Origin: Cladosporium halotolerans
Lineage: Eukaryota
Direction: 5' to 3'
Assembly: GCF_011745625.1 (NCBI RefSeq)
Contig: NW_027191457.1
Coordinates: forward strand, 744,001-808,000
Length of the DNA stretch: 64,000 nucleotides
Part shown: positions 13,236 to 25,928 of the stretch, piece by piece
How the letters are laid out: every line of letters starts with the position of its first letter
Numbering within the stretch: position 1 is the first letter of the stretch
The notes under the pieces: generated by a model
Told to the model about the DNA's origin: nothing
Seen by the model: only the letters and a program-made list of their open reading frames with translations
Databases searched by the model: none
Program-made: the position numbers and the translations under genes

Positions 13236-13700
13236 ATGGTCGCCGGCAAAGACAGCACCCGGCAACTTGCCAAGGCTGCCTCTGCGCCCAAACTCCCACC
13301 TCTCCCAAAGCTTCGCATTCGAAGGCCCGATCAGACGAGCGCAAACCCTTGTCTGAACGTGATGAGCTCTGTACTAAGTACGTGGAATGGAAAGCACTTC
13401 AGCGCAAAGTTCTGCTGTTCAAGTGACAAGTTCTGGTCGGATGAAGAATATACATGATACTGACTGCTATAGGTTGCTGGGCTTCTTCCGGTAACACAGG
13501 CGAAGGCTGCGCTCAATTGGAGCAACAACTACGCGCGTGCATGGACGAGAGGGTACGTTTACCATCGACAATTCTGCGCAATACTTCTAGACAGGACGCT
13601 GACATTCTATTAGAAAGGCGCAAACACCCAGAAGAACAAGATCAACTCGCACCTCTCCCGACTCTATCCCCAAATCATTGGCCCGCACAAGAGAAAGTAG
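13236..13700 (+). CDS. MRP10: Mitochondrial small-subunit ribosomal protein Mrp10/mS37 (twin CX9C); exons 13236-13377, 13473-13552, 13614-13700
   Basis: Spliced product ...LPPLPKLRIRRP...NPCLNVMSSVLSCWASSG...CAQLEQQLRACMD...NKINSHLSRLYPQI; two GTACGT..CTGAC..TAG introns. Confidence 0.92.
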
Positions 13701-13990
13701 ACGGACATTGTATTATTTTTGCATGCGCATAGCGAGATTGGACGGCGTTTGGGTGCATAAAACGGATTACCCGAGGGATTCCCTGGATCTGCGCAGCGCA
13801 GAGGGACGTGTATATCACAACTGTATGATACGGCCGGTCTCTCGAGCCCGGCTTGTGAGGTTCAAAACTTGAATCAGGGGAAACATTTTCCTCTCTCTGT
13901 GCGCGTGTCTGGAATAATTACGATCCCTCAGGTTGCTCTCCTCCTTGATCCGATTTCTAGCTTTCACTGCTTGATGCTCAGCCGATCCGG

Positions 13991-16117
13991 CTAGCCCTCA
14001 CGGCCGCTGCCCTCCACTACCCGGATCACACGCTGTACGAGCGTTTTGACAGACGCCTTCAGATGAATAGGTCTATGGAGTGACAACCTTTTTCTGTTGA
14101 TCTGCAATCTCTTAGTGATCAATGGCGCGCTTCCGAGTCGTATCGTTCCATCCGCAGGGCCCACTACTTCAGCGCGCGGACGGACATGCCTTGCCAAGGC
14201 AGCTGGCGAGTCGGGATCAAGGTTTGTCGACAGGTCGGCCATGCTGCTCACTACGATGCTGTATCTTTGTGAGACAAATCTCAGTGCTCCGTTTGCCACT
14301 GCTCGGTCTCTCTGGCTTTTATCTTCTGTTCTATCCTTCGCATCAGGAATCGCCGGGAAAGTTATTGATGCTTCGATGCTCGCTATCTTTGTCGCAGGTA
14401 CCATGTGGCTGGCGGCGCTAAAGTATCGTGTCGCTTCCGTCCGCCCACTGGTGGGACTCACAGAATGTGTCAAAGGGGCCCCTGCGGCTCCCTCGTCATC
14501 TGGTTCAACGGTGATTAAAGGGTCATTGCCATTACGCAGGACCTGGTCTTTCTGACTCGCGGCGTCTAAGCCCTCATGGCGATCATTGAGTTCCATGGGC
14601 CCTGTCATTTCGACTGTGCCGTCCCCGCCAACGAGGTTCGGAAGGCCACCTGAACACCACACGCCTAGTTCTTGCAAGTCTCTCAGGCATGGCACATAGG
14701 GACGTTGTCCCTGCTGCTGGATGAAACTTGCTGAGTCACGCCTGTCTTTCTCGGCAGATTCGACGACAGCATTGAGAATCTCTGGACGATGCACCTTAGG
14801 TACTGGTCCACGGACATCTTCGCTGCGATCGCTCAGACGAGCGAGAGCCGGGAATAAGCTCAACCTCGCGTGCGAAGGGTGTCTCAAGTCAATGCCACGT
14901 GGACACGGCGGCTCTGGGAAGGCTTCGATGAGGTCTGCAGTCCTCACAGTGCTTCCTGGATAACTATGTCTCCTTCGGCCCGTTATGCCGAACGCCGGAG
15001 AGTGCAACAGAGATCGCGGCACGGATGAGTATCGACGCCGGGTCTGGACTTCGACCATATCCGCTGTCGCTGGCAAAGGCAGCTCGCTCAAGGCAGCGAG
15101 CGCTCTGGCAGCTGGGCTGATGACGACACTCGATCGCGACCCGGACGATTCGTTCGGGCAATGCTGGCAGCTTATCAGAGGAACCGTATCTTCTTGTTGA
15201 CCAGTCTGAGCGCAGGTTTCTCCTGGGGCGACGTAGCCTGGGGGATGACGAGGCGCAGGCTGAAGATCTCGCACGTGAGGCGAGCCTTTCTAAGGGCGTC
15301 TCTTGCCTCCTGCAAAGCAGCCCTGCATCTCAGGACCGGGAGGCTGGTTGAACGGATGGGACTCCCAAGGCGAGAAGCGAAATTTCGAGTGGCCGCTCAT
15401 CGGCGGTCTCCATTGCGGACTGTTTACGCGATCAATATTTGGAAGCCGGAAGCCCAACGCAAGCCAAAGACGCGCCCTCTTGCCATTTCGAGTCCGGTTC
15501 TGTTGTCCCAATATCTTCGCGAGGGCTCTGGCGAGTCTCGCGCGGTGATTCTGCGCTGCATTGCCTCTGGCTTCGTGTCGGAGTAGACGTCGGGATGAGG
15601 TACCGGGCCAGCTAGGAACGCCATCTGGTGTGCTGGCTCGCTTCGGAGGTAAGAAAGGAGGCTTGACAGGCGCCGGAGCTATATCGGAGGGTATCGAGGA
15701 ACGATGGTGTGTAGTTGTGCTGGAATCCTGATGATGGTGCAGATCGAATAAAGCCTTCTCGTCAAGGGAGAAGCAGAGTCGTCGGTTGATGCCCCCAGAT
15801 TTCCTCCTGGTTTGCTGTGCGCTTGCAGTCTTGACCGGTGGCGTGTGTTTCGTCCACGGCGGATCTTCTTCTTTCAGCTGCGAATCTGCAGTGGCTTGGG
15901 AGCAGAAATTGTTCAAAAGATTGGGGCTTGCGGTCAAGGTTCGCTCTGTCATTGGAGGGAGATCGTTGCTTATCGATGCAGAACTGCCGGTCGCTTCAGA
16001 CGGTTTGTAGGCTTTGCCGATGTATTGCTGAACATTTACGGGATGAATCAAGACCGAGAATCGATGATCGTTTGACATCATGCAGTATTTCCGTAATACG
16101 TCTGCTTCGCTAAGCAT
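13991..16117 (-). CDS. Uncharacterised disordered protein interrupted by one in-frame TAG at 15292-15290 (pseudogene, recoded gene or error); start uncertain
   Basis: ORFs 15290..16255 and 13991..15274 share a frame: ...AGA CGC CCT TAG AAA GGC TCG CCT CAC GTG CGA...; first ATG at 16117. Confidence 0.55.
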
Positions 16118-19100
16118 CCCTGTTGGCGTGCGATCTTGTGAATGGGCAGAAGTCTGAGGCAGACGAGGTGTGAGCCATTGTTGACAATGATTGCTCTGGC
16201 CGTGCTTGCTTACAATAATGAAGCAGCATCGTGCTTCATGTGCAGGTGCTTTCACGCAATGTGGGCAAGCTCACCTCTGTCCATAAGATAGCGGGATTCT
16301 ACTTGCTCATTTTTGTGGCCAGTACTCATCAAACTCGATTTAGATAGGGTGTCTCAATTGCTGTAAACACATTCGAACCGGGCACTTGAAATACCGCTCC
16401 ATGAGAATCATCCCGCAAAACCGGCCACATGTATCTTCAGCGACCACTGCTTCTAGGGCGCTTTGTGGCGTATATGTGCAGAAGAGCAAGACAGTGTCTA
16501 GCTAGGTAAGATGAACATCCGATGATGTATGATAAGATCACGGCTTGGTTGAGGTACCGTGATTATCGAACATGGCTCCATCAAAGCTCGCCAACGCTTT
16601 AGGCGCATTTCTGAGTCCTTCTGAGTGAGCCGGTATGCACAGCTTTCAGCCTCTCAATTGTATCGGCTATCTCCAGGTGGGTATCGCCTCATTTTTATGT
16701 TCGGTGGATTGTCCGAGTCCACCAGTCAAGCCAAAGTAACCTCGACCTTGGGTAACCCACTTCGGAGTCCAAACCAAGATGGTGTCAAGGAGGCGTCCGC
16801 ACATGCCCGTGCGAGCCACCGTGTAATTTCATTTTTCCACGCGCCATCTTGCGAAGCCCGCCAAACTATCAAAGTGCTGGGTCAGGCTCCAGAGCCTCAT
16901 GTAGGATGGCGGCGCACGAGCAGGCAACCGGGTTGTCCCCCGATCCATGCACCATACATGCGACGATCTACGGACCACCCCAGCCAATCTCACGGACGGG
17001 ATTTGGCAGGCCTCCCCGATGTTCCCTGTGTGGAGGACTGGCGTTTCCCTACAATATTTTAGGGTTTGTGGTTGTAGCTCGGTTCAACGGGGCGCCTCTG
17101 CTCGCGAGGCTCGATCATGTCGCAAGCTGCAGCATCGACGGCAGGCTCGCCTCTTTGCATCCATTAGCAACCCTGGTTTGGATGAATCCACAAGAGGGTA
17201 TTAGCAAAACTTACTTGGTGATGCATATGCAGCTGCAATAGCTAGCCTCTCATTCGATCGAAGCGAGACACCAATAGATCCTGCCGTCGTGCCAAGATGC
17301 GTAGGAGGCGGGACTGGACACACGCACCCTGTGCGGCAATTCATCTACATGCCCATTAGCGCCACGTCAACAGGTCCGCCACGAGCGCCAGTCAACAATC
17401 CGGCACTGCGAATCATGGTTATCAAGAGACTGCTGTCGAGAGATCGGTTGGCGCCGCGGAAGCACGCAAGCGCCGCGATCTCGGGACAAGAGTGGCCATG
17501 CCCTTCAAAACGATTCGTGGAGTTCCGACGCGCGTTACTCACTCGTAGTGCTCTCGACTTCTCGTTCATTCCTTCGGTCATTCATCCGTCCGGGGCCGAG
17601 TCATGGCGGTTCAGAAGTGACGAAAGGGCAAGCGGGTAGGCGGGGCGTCCTCGCGAGACGATCAGCTTCGTGGCAGGAGACTATTGACCCTGGAGCCGAG
17701 TTTGTGTGTGTGTGATGGCGGCCGCGACAGCGTGAACCCTTGAAGGTTATTTGGTAACAAATATCGGCTCGTGCGGCTGCTTAGCAGGCCAGCTCCCGTG
17801 ATGTGAGGACATCAAACTCTCCAGCCGGGGCAGATCTAGATCTTCCCTGATGCGCAGGCTCTGCATCCTTGGGCTACAGATATTCGCATCGCACACGGAA
17901 CTTGGTTGGATTTTTGTCTTGGGGAGTACAGGATCCAACCGCTTCGTTGGTTGCAACCGTTGACCTTGTGGGCCGAGATCACTTCGGTCGTTGAATAACA
18001 AGTCATCCAGTATCGTTCGGAATCTGTCACGCATTGGCTTTTCCAAACTCCAATGAAGTCTTCCTCTTAGCCGGCTTGAGGGGATTGCGTGAGAGAAGTG
18101 CCGAAGTTTGAGAAAGCGGCTCGCGGTAAGGCAGCTCCCGCAAAGGAGCGGTGGATACTGAATCCGCCAATACGAGAGCTGTGAAGCCTGCCCGTGAGTC
18201 AGTCCATCTACGGCCTTGCAGCGGAACATACCAGCACGCATAAACGTGCGGCCTACGCTGTCCAGACGGCACGGTATCTCAGCTCGACTTCAGGTCTGGT
18301 AATACACAAAAGAGATGTTGCTGATCTAGCCGAGCAACGCAAGCAAAGCAGGCGAAACGTAAGCCGCGCATTTTCCTCTGCTTAGGCGGATGCTTGTAGA
18401 GAAATGCTGACACGTCTGAGAAGAAACCCGGTTGGAGTGCCCGAACGTCGGTCGCATGCGGCTTCGTCGCGCTTCGCAGGCTCAGGCCGGCAAATCAAGT
18501 CCCTCTGCCGCCGAATCCTGCACTGCACTGTCTACACGGCAATGAATGACCCGTCTCTCACTCAGCTAGTCTCAACGCTTGCAGGGTGCGTAGCGCCATC
18601 GTCTATGTGCATTCTCTAGCATCCACGGGGGCTGGCAAGAAGTTCTAGGCGAAGCAGGGCAAGAGAATCCACCCACAGCCGGCCACGCCGGCTTTCTCCA
18701 CGGCAACTCTCCGGTCATCGTCGTTCGCGTGGGAGGTGGAAAGGACCGGTGTACGATGTAGAAGTTTGTACTGCTAGGATGCACTCAAAGACCGACGGGG
18801 GACGAAAAGTGTCCCAGACCCATGAATGAGCTACGCAAAAGCCTTGAGAAAGAGGGCTTTTATGAAACCCGGTGCTTCGACTCGAAACGTTGGTTGGTAT
18901 CATTCGAATCTTAGACAGACGTGTTGCTGCATAATCTCAGGGCGTGTCACCTCCAGGTTCACAGCTGAGGTAAGAAAATCAGTTTGTATTTTCCTGTATC
19001 GGGCAGCCGCTTAACTTTGCCCTCCAAAATTGATCATGTTGAATCGACAATCATTTGCAGCGATAAATGCCCGCGCGCTCTATGGAAATAGATGCACCGT

Positions 19101-19889
19101 CTCACCATCGAAGCCATTCGTCCGTCAATTGGAACGGCGCGACCGCGTATCGGCAGAGATCAAGTGCCCTCCATCTTTTCGTTTGGAGCCGAGAGTCAAT
19201 CTCTAATTGCACACGCTAGGCCCGCACGACTAGCCGAAGCTAAAAGCGTCTGCTTCTGCTGCTGCTCCCGCTGCTGCTGATGCTTCTACCCGCCTATGCC
19301 GCCCTGACAGGACACCTATCGCGTGCAATTCCGAGCCCTTGGCGAGGCTGTAGCCAAATCGTAGGTCGCGGTGTCCTCTTGTGGGGTTTGGGCAGCAGCC
19401 AGGGACGCCGGGACTTCCAATTTGAAATCCCCAGAAGTTTAGGATTCCACTCTGGTTGTTGAGGAGAGTGTCATTTATACAAATGGTAATTGGCTGAGGC
19501 GGAGGGCCTCACATTGTCGGAAGTCGGTCCGCTGAACAAGGTGTTTAGCGTGGCGACCGTTCCGGAGCAGTGGCACTGAGGCAAAGCGATACATGGCGCA
19601 TCGCATCGTACAGTAGGCTGTCGTCTGGGCCCTGGTTGGCCTCGATTTCCACCGGCCTTAGCGGATGCGTCACAGCCGGGTTCACAATTCCCGTAGATCG
19701 TCTCGTTTGCTCACTTGCATGGGTGGTGATGTTGTGCATGGCAGCCTTCGACTGCAAGTAGGGCACATGATAGCTTCCCGCGTTTCGTGATGTTACACGC
19801 TTGCCTCCACTGTACTGCTTGCCCGGAACTCAGATTGCCCAGGTATTTCTCAATATCGATTTGTATACTTACTGTACAAAAGCGTACCC

Positions 19890-20541
19890 ATGGCACCCCA
19901 AGTTCGGGCTCTGGCCCAGAGCGAGTCGAAGGCTAAATTCATGGAGCGGCTCGGACTCGATGAGCGGAATCTGGATGACAAGCATTTGTATCACATGATG
20001 AAAGTAGGTCGTGAGCTTTCCGAATGTAGAGTCGAGAGTGTCTGGCTTGCTGATGCTCGATTCCAAGGAGGAGGCCAGCGCTGGCAGAAATCGCATGCTG
20101 GCCATGCCAGGTTTTCTTCGAGAGGAAAGCAAAGAGAACGCACAGCCTCCGTTCAGTAATGCTCAAATCAACGAGACAGCGACGCACCGTGAGATCATGA
20201 ACATATATCGCCATGCTAGACCGGAGACGAGGGCCTATTATGACTTGGGCCACGATACCGACGGGCTGGAAGAAGAGAATTGGGTCATTCGGTGGCTGCT
20301 CTGGCATGTCTTCAGGTACCGTGATAATCGCAACAAGAGCCGCAGACAAGGCGTTTCTGGACGGCGATCTCCCAACAGCAGCGATCGTTCCGGCAGCGAG
20401 GTTCCTGGACCAATAATCAATGGTAAGCTAGCATCTACCACCAGAATCGGATTGTGCAAGTTGCTGAGCACGCGCCTAGAAGATTTCAACAGCGCCCCTG
20501 CCGCCAAAAGTGGTTTCTACGATCCGGTCAGGGACCAATAG
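19890..20541 (+). CDS. Fungal hypothetical protein; exons 19890-20003, 20068-20422, 20480-20541 (an extra 5' exon is possible)
   Basis: Introns GTAGGT..GCTGAT..AAG and GTAAGC..TAG join the ORFs; globular-looking NWVIRWLLWHVFRYRDNRN motif and C-terminal FYDPVRD. Confidence 0.75.
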
Positions 20542-21249
20542 GGCGGACTGATCTCTTGCTTAGCATTTGATATCCTATTACGAATTAAAGTGGCATCCAA
20601 GCGGTCAAACAAGCATCATATGCAGCTTATCCTCAATGTGGCTTAAGCAAGGGGTGTGCTCAGGATGTCACGCATCTCGCACGCGTCTGGCTCCCGCGGC
20701 CACTCAATTTTGCAGAGTTGAACCGGGCCCCGCTTAGGCTGCCCTAGGTACACTACCTTGATAGATTCAAGAGAGCGGTGCACATATTATCAGAGGCTCG
20801 ACAGATGTGGCACGTGATCATAGTCGAAGAGCACAGACTAGGCGCAGATAGCGCGTTCGCGACCTTGCAGTCAAAATAAGCTTAAATCGTAAACTCTACT
20901 TCAATCCGCTGTGGCACCGTGTCCCATTTCATGTCGGCATTCGCGTAAAAGTGCCGAACGTTCATGACGTCTCGGGTACGTTTGCTCGTCGAATGAAGCG
21001 TCTCGCGATAGCTCGGAGCTTCCTCCGCTTGTGGAAGGGATTCACCGCTGGAGTGGCGCGGCGATTGCGACGGACCCGAGCACAATCTTTTCAAGCGCGG
21101 AGAGAGAGGCGCCAGAAGCAACTGAAAAGAGCCAATATGACGTGGCAATGTAGTCAGCTTTGTCAGCATGTTGACGAATGGATCTTGCACCGCCACACCA
21201 GAACGCTTGCATTGTTCGCATATATCCCGAGCTACTACTGCAGGCAACA

Positions 21250-22920
21250 TTACGCCTTTTCCTTGGAGAAAAGATCGCTCCAGAATTCTTTGAACCCATA
21301 TTGTGGCTTGCGCTCGTCATAGACGTTTACGCTTGTGCCGGTAGAGAACTTATCCAGCACTCCGCCAGGCTTGTGACCAATACTCTGCACGTTGCTCACC
21401 TTGGGTGCCAGAGCACGTTCTTTGATCGCGTCGGCAACTTGCGGTGCAATGTCCGCAAAACAGGTGTGGAGCTCGCGCTCTAGACTGTAATACGGTTTCT
21501 GCGCCACTTTCGGCGCCATCAGATTGTACGACCTTGTTATCGTGTTCAGATTGATGATGGCAGTGTTGTGATAGGAGCGCTCAGTCTCCTCCCAGTCAGG
21601 ATCTCGGAAAGGCGGTACCGTGGGCCGTGGAGGTTCCCGTCCCACATCGGCCGCCGCGGCGGTAGCTCCGGTTCCTGGCGCTTCAGTGGTGACAGTAACT
21701 TGTTGATCTGGAGATTTGGGCCCATCATCGGTGAGCATCTGCTCAAGAATTTGGATCTCGTTCTCCTGGGCATCTGCATTTCCGGGCGGACTTGGCTTCA
21801 GCTCCCCAGCCAGCGTTATTTGTGAAAGGTGTCCATCATCGTCTACAGCATTGATCTTCTCGACTTTTGTCTTCTGCGGATTGTGCACGCTTTCGGCAAA
21901 TGCGTATGCTTTCGCAAGCTTCATCTGTCCCTCCAAATCGCCGCCTCGGCTTGCGATGGTTCTAGCAACGTGCCTCCTCCAGCTAGCTCGAAGCTGCCCT
22001 CGAAATCTCGTCGATGCCGCAAGGAGCTCTTGCTGCTTCTCGATCCACGGCGGAACGATTTCCTGACGTTGGATCATTTTGTTCATGAAATACTCCGTAG
22101 TATCCAAGAACGGGTTCCCAGCGTTGTGATCCCGCTCTATCTTGCCACCCCGCGGTAGGTTGCGAAACTGCCCACGAGCGATCGCATCTTCAATGCGTTC
22201 GTTCGCGAGCGACGTCAAGCCTTGAATTGACGCAGGCGCGATTCGCGCTCCGGGCGAGAAACGATCCTTTAGCTCCTGGCGATACTTTGCCCGTTCGTCT
22301 TCCGTCATCTTCTCGTCCTTGATTTCGGCATAGAAGGATGTCTTGTCCCGCGCATTCGCTAGTCGAACGCCTGTTCCCGGAGCATTACTGGGCCGGCCAG
22401 TGTCCACTTTGGCGGGGCCACGCACGCCTGCGCCTCTCCTCGCGCCCTTCACGCGCAACGGCTTGTGTGCATCATGCAGCATCCGGGAGGACGCATCGAT
22501 CAGGCTCTCGCTACCGGTCCAAGGCTCGGCCGAGGCCAGATCTCTCGCTTGCCTGCCAGCGCTTGCCGGCATGTTCGCCTGTGCGAATGCGGACGCGTTG
22601 TCGCTCTTGAACCCCGCGCTGGCGAGCTTCTCCTGCAGCCTGGCTTTTAATTCCTCGCTGAAGCCAGCTTCCTCGACGGCTTTCCTGGCGCCTCGGCCGC
22701 CTTGTTCCAAACTGTCCGCGCTCATCTCCGCCAGCCTCCGGGACATGGCGCCCTCCTCTTTCTCCTCGCGCGCTCCATCTTGGCGTTGAGCATCTTTCGT
22801 TCCGCTGGGCGCATCGTTCGACTGAAAGCGCGCTGGATTTACCCTGCCGACGCCAGCATTCTGCCGGGCTCGCAGACAGCGAGTGCAGATAGATAATGGA
22901 GACCTCGCTACGCCTTGCAT
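21250..22920 (-). CDS. DUF1992 / DNAJC28 conserved-domain protein with probable mitochondrial presequence
   Basis: LANERIEDAIARGQFRNLPRG, PFLDTTEYFMNKMIQRQEIVPPWIEKQ; Arg-rich N-terminus with ICTRC. Confidence 0.85.
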   Translation of the reverse strand: MQGVARSPLSICTRCLRARQNAGVGRVNPARFQSNDAPSGTKDAQRQDGAREEKEEGAMSRRLAEMSADSLEQGGRGARKAVEEAGFSEELKARLQEKLASAGFKSDNASAFAQANMPASAGRQARDLASAEPWTGSESLIDASSRMLHDAHKPLRVKGARRGAGVRGPAKVDTGRPSNAPGTGVRLANARDKTSFYAEIKDEKMTEDERAKYRQELKDRFSPGARIAPASIQGLTSLANERIEDAIARGQFRNLPRGGKIERDHNAGNPFLDTTEYFMNKMIQRQEIVPPWIEKQQELLAASTRFRGQLRASWRRHVARTIASRGGDLEGQMKLAKAYAFAESVHNPQKTKVEKINAVDDDGHLSQITLAGELKPSPPGNADAQENEIQILEQMLTDDGPKSPDQQVTVTTEAPGTGATAAAADVGREPPRPTVPPFRDPDWEETERSYHNTAIINLNTITRSYNLMAPKVAQKPYYSLERELHTCFADIAPQVADAIKERALAPKVSNVQSIGHKPGGVLDKFSTGTSVNVYDERKPQYGFKEFWSDLFSKEKA

Positions 22921-23447
22921 CCAGTAAAATCGACGCGCTCAAAAGACAGATAGCAAACGCTAGAAGGGTTGTGTTTCGCTCGTTTCGTTCCGTCTCGCCG
23001 CCACTACATCATAGATTCATCGAAGCGCCGCCAAGAAGATCTTCATCTTATCTTATCAGCAGTGCCGATCATCCGCGTTCGATGGGCACCAGCGGAGCAA
23101 AGTGTCGTCGGGCTCACAGGTCAGTAGGATCGTTGAGAAGCCTTGGAAACCTCAAAAGATCCGCTGAGATGGTATGCCATGTACGAGGTGAAGTGGAAGC
23201 GCACCCCTGATCCTTGCACGCCTTGCATATGAGCTGAGATTGTGGTACCCAACCGTTGGAATTAACGCGGGCACAACTAGGGCAAACAACACTGTCATAT
23301 CGGTTCGTACAAGACCTTCCTATAGACCTAGTCTGTACAATGCTGGCTCAATGCCAGCGAAACCAGCTCGCAGCATCCCGTTGTAAGTCAATGGCTCACT
23401 TTTCGGGGGGCGCCGGTGGCAGGGAGTACATCAAAGAAATGCAGGCT

Positions 23448-24291
23448 TCATTCCCAGGGCGCTTTTATGATATTACTTCCAGCCAATGCGCCCTCGTCCA
23501 GAAGATCCTGCACTTTCTTCCTCGACCTCTCTCTCTTTTCGTCGTTCTTCGCTTTGCGCTCCTCGTACTTGACGTACTTAGCTTTTCTCTCTGACTTCCT
23601 CTGTCTCTCCTTCTGCTCCTCGACTTCGATCTCGTTATCGATCGCTCTCATTTCCGCATCGGTCAACAGCCATGGCCGCGAGAGAACCTCTCTTCTGTGC
23701 TTGGCAGTTGCTGCCCAAAAAGCGACTTCTTCGTTGGTATCTCTCACAGCGAAGACCCGCTTGAGATCGATCTGACGTTGCCTGAACTTCGTGATCGTCC
23801 CTTTGATCTTCAGAATCGCGCCTATGGGTATCGGTCTCCCGTCGATGGACAGAGATGCCAGACCCCACGTGGCATTTACATTTAAGTTGTCGACCACTGT
23901 GTTGGAAGGATAGACTTCGCCATCCACGTCGGGACCATACCGACGGGCGATCTTCACTTCGATGGTCTGGCCACTGCCGTCGTCGAGTGAGAGGAGGGCG
24001 AATTTATTCGCGCCAGCTCCTGGAGCAAGATCGACTTGTTGCACGATGCCGCAGAGATACACGTATCGGATTGGATGGTTGTTGTAGAAGTATATATTTT
24101 GACCTGGACCCTTCAGCGTCTTATCATCTTGCCGTGACGAGTGGCAAAACGCTACCTTCGAATCCAGGCTCCTCCGTCAAGGCGAAGACATCGCTGGCGG
24201 TAAGCTTGTTCCACGTGTCCCAGGTGCGAGACGCGCCAAAATACGTCTTCTTGTGGATGGGCGCGGTGCGCTTCCCTGCAGCGCTCGTCAT
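23448..24291 (-). CDS. STN1: OB-fold protein, telomere-capping CST subunit Stn1-like; exons 24291-24156, 24103-23448
   Basis: Spliced GFEG|QNIYFYNNHPIRYVYLCGIV, LSLDDGSGQTIEV, LKIKGTITKFR.RQIDLKR, DTNEEVAFW; intron 24155-24104. Confidence 0.82.
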
Positions 24292-25195
24292 GACATCGTC
24301 GGAGTGGTGCGTGTGGCGGGCGCGCGCGACCGCGGTGTGCTGGAACTGCTTGATACGAGGCGGGCGCGCGATCACGTTTCGCGCTAATGCGGATGCCAAC
24401 GGCTTGGAATCCGTCCCGCGCTTCCCGCGGCGGGTCTCGGGTTGCCTGGCGGTGCCGATCGCTCGTCCGTCGCTGTTGTGTTGTTGATCGGCTCCACGGC
24501 ATCTTACACACCTTCACCACACCTCTTTGCGCCGCCTACCACACGTCTTTTAACATGTAGAGTGTCTGCATCGGAGGGTTCAAAAGCCCGGTAAGCAACT
24601 ACTGTACGCTGTGCCACCAAGGCTGTCATGCCCCAGCGTCCGGCAACGCCACCATGCACAGTCCGCCAGCGCCAGCCTCCCGCCCCTCCGGATAAGGTGC
24701 ATGAGGCCGGGGTGCGGCGCATGACATGAGCGTCCTAGGGTCGAGGTCGCCGAGTCGCCATGCATGCGCTCGAAGTATCGCCCTCCCGTTGCCGTGTGAG
24801 GCAGCCTTGGAACCTTCAGCTCAGCCATCTCTATTTCCTAGCCTCTCTGCGCCTGCCCAAGGCTAGACTGGGAAGTCTAATCGCACTAATGTACAGGACA
24901 TCTCCATTTACCCACTCTGCCACGCTCTTGTCCCACCGCCATCCTCCCATACACTCGCTGTGCCTGCTTGCTTGCTATCGCTTCTGTCCCACCACAATCG
25001 TTTGACACGCGGACGTTTCCCATCTCACCTCGCCTCGCCTGTACCCCGCCTACCGGAATATGCTTGAGCGCCTGCAGTGACAGTACAGACCCGTGGTACA
25101 CTCGCCCTCCATCCATCACTCGCCTATATCCAGTCGCGCGGGCGTCCTCCACCCAGAGCTAAGCTCTTTCACCTTCATCTGCACTTCACACAACC

Positions 25196-25928
25196 ATGCC
25201 TTCATACAACAACCCAGCGCTCTCAACACGCGCGCTCATCGCCACCCTCCTCTTCCTCGTCCCCGCTCTCGCGCAGACAACCTACGTCGAAGGAACGTTC
25301 CAAGCCGCCATCTGGGCCAGCAGTGGCCAACAAAACCCCGACCTCACCTCGCCCGCGCAAGCGCAGTGTCCCGCCAACTACCCTCAGAGCTGCAGCTCGA
25401 TCGGCGAAGCAGGCTAGTACGTCCACCTCCACCACGCGATCAAGCGATCAAACCAAACCCCACCTCCATCCCAAGCAACCAAAATACTAACCCAACCCTC
25501 CCAGCTGCTGCCCCGCCGGCTCAACCTGCCAATACGCCTCGAACCAACAAGTCGGCTGCTGCTCCTCCTCAACCGGCAAATGCAGCGGCTCGCTGTCCGG
25601 CGGCAACGCTTACCAGCCCACATCGCAATACCACCCACCCGCGACGACGACCTGGCAGCCGCAGCCCACGACACAGAACTGGAACGGCGGCGGAGGCGGC
25701 GCGGTCGTCGGCGCGGGCAACTACAACCCCACGACGACGGTCATCCAGCAGGGCGGGTATTGCACGACGATTATTGCGAAGGGCGACAATTTGCCAACGA
25801 CGGCGCAGGCGCGGTGCGGGACGGCGCTGGTTATTGAGGCGGGGGCCGCGAGGGCAGTTGGGAGGGGAGTGTTGGGGTTGGTGGCGGCGCAGGTTTTGGG
25901 CGCGTGGGTTGTGGCGAGGAGGTGGTGA
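25196..25928 (+). CDS. Small secreted Cys-rich, probably GPI-anchored cell-surface protein; exons 25196-25416, 25505-25928
   Basis: Signal peptide (LIATLLFLVPALA-Q), CP...SCSSIG...YCCP.G..C...VGCC motif, Thr/Gln/Gly linker, hydrophobic C-terminus; intron GTACGT..TACTAAC..CAG. Confidence 0.85.

Noticed and set aside
17059..17066. AACCCTAA (minus strand) as a telomerase RNA template
   Set aside because: An 8-mer is expected by chance in 64 kb; no pseudoknot or P6/6.1 element recognised, and too little room before the next gene
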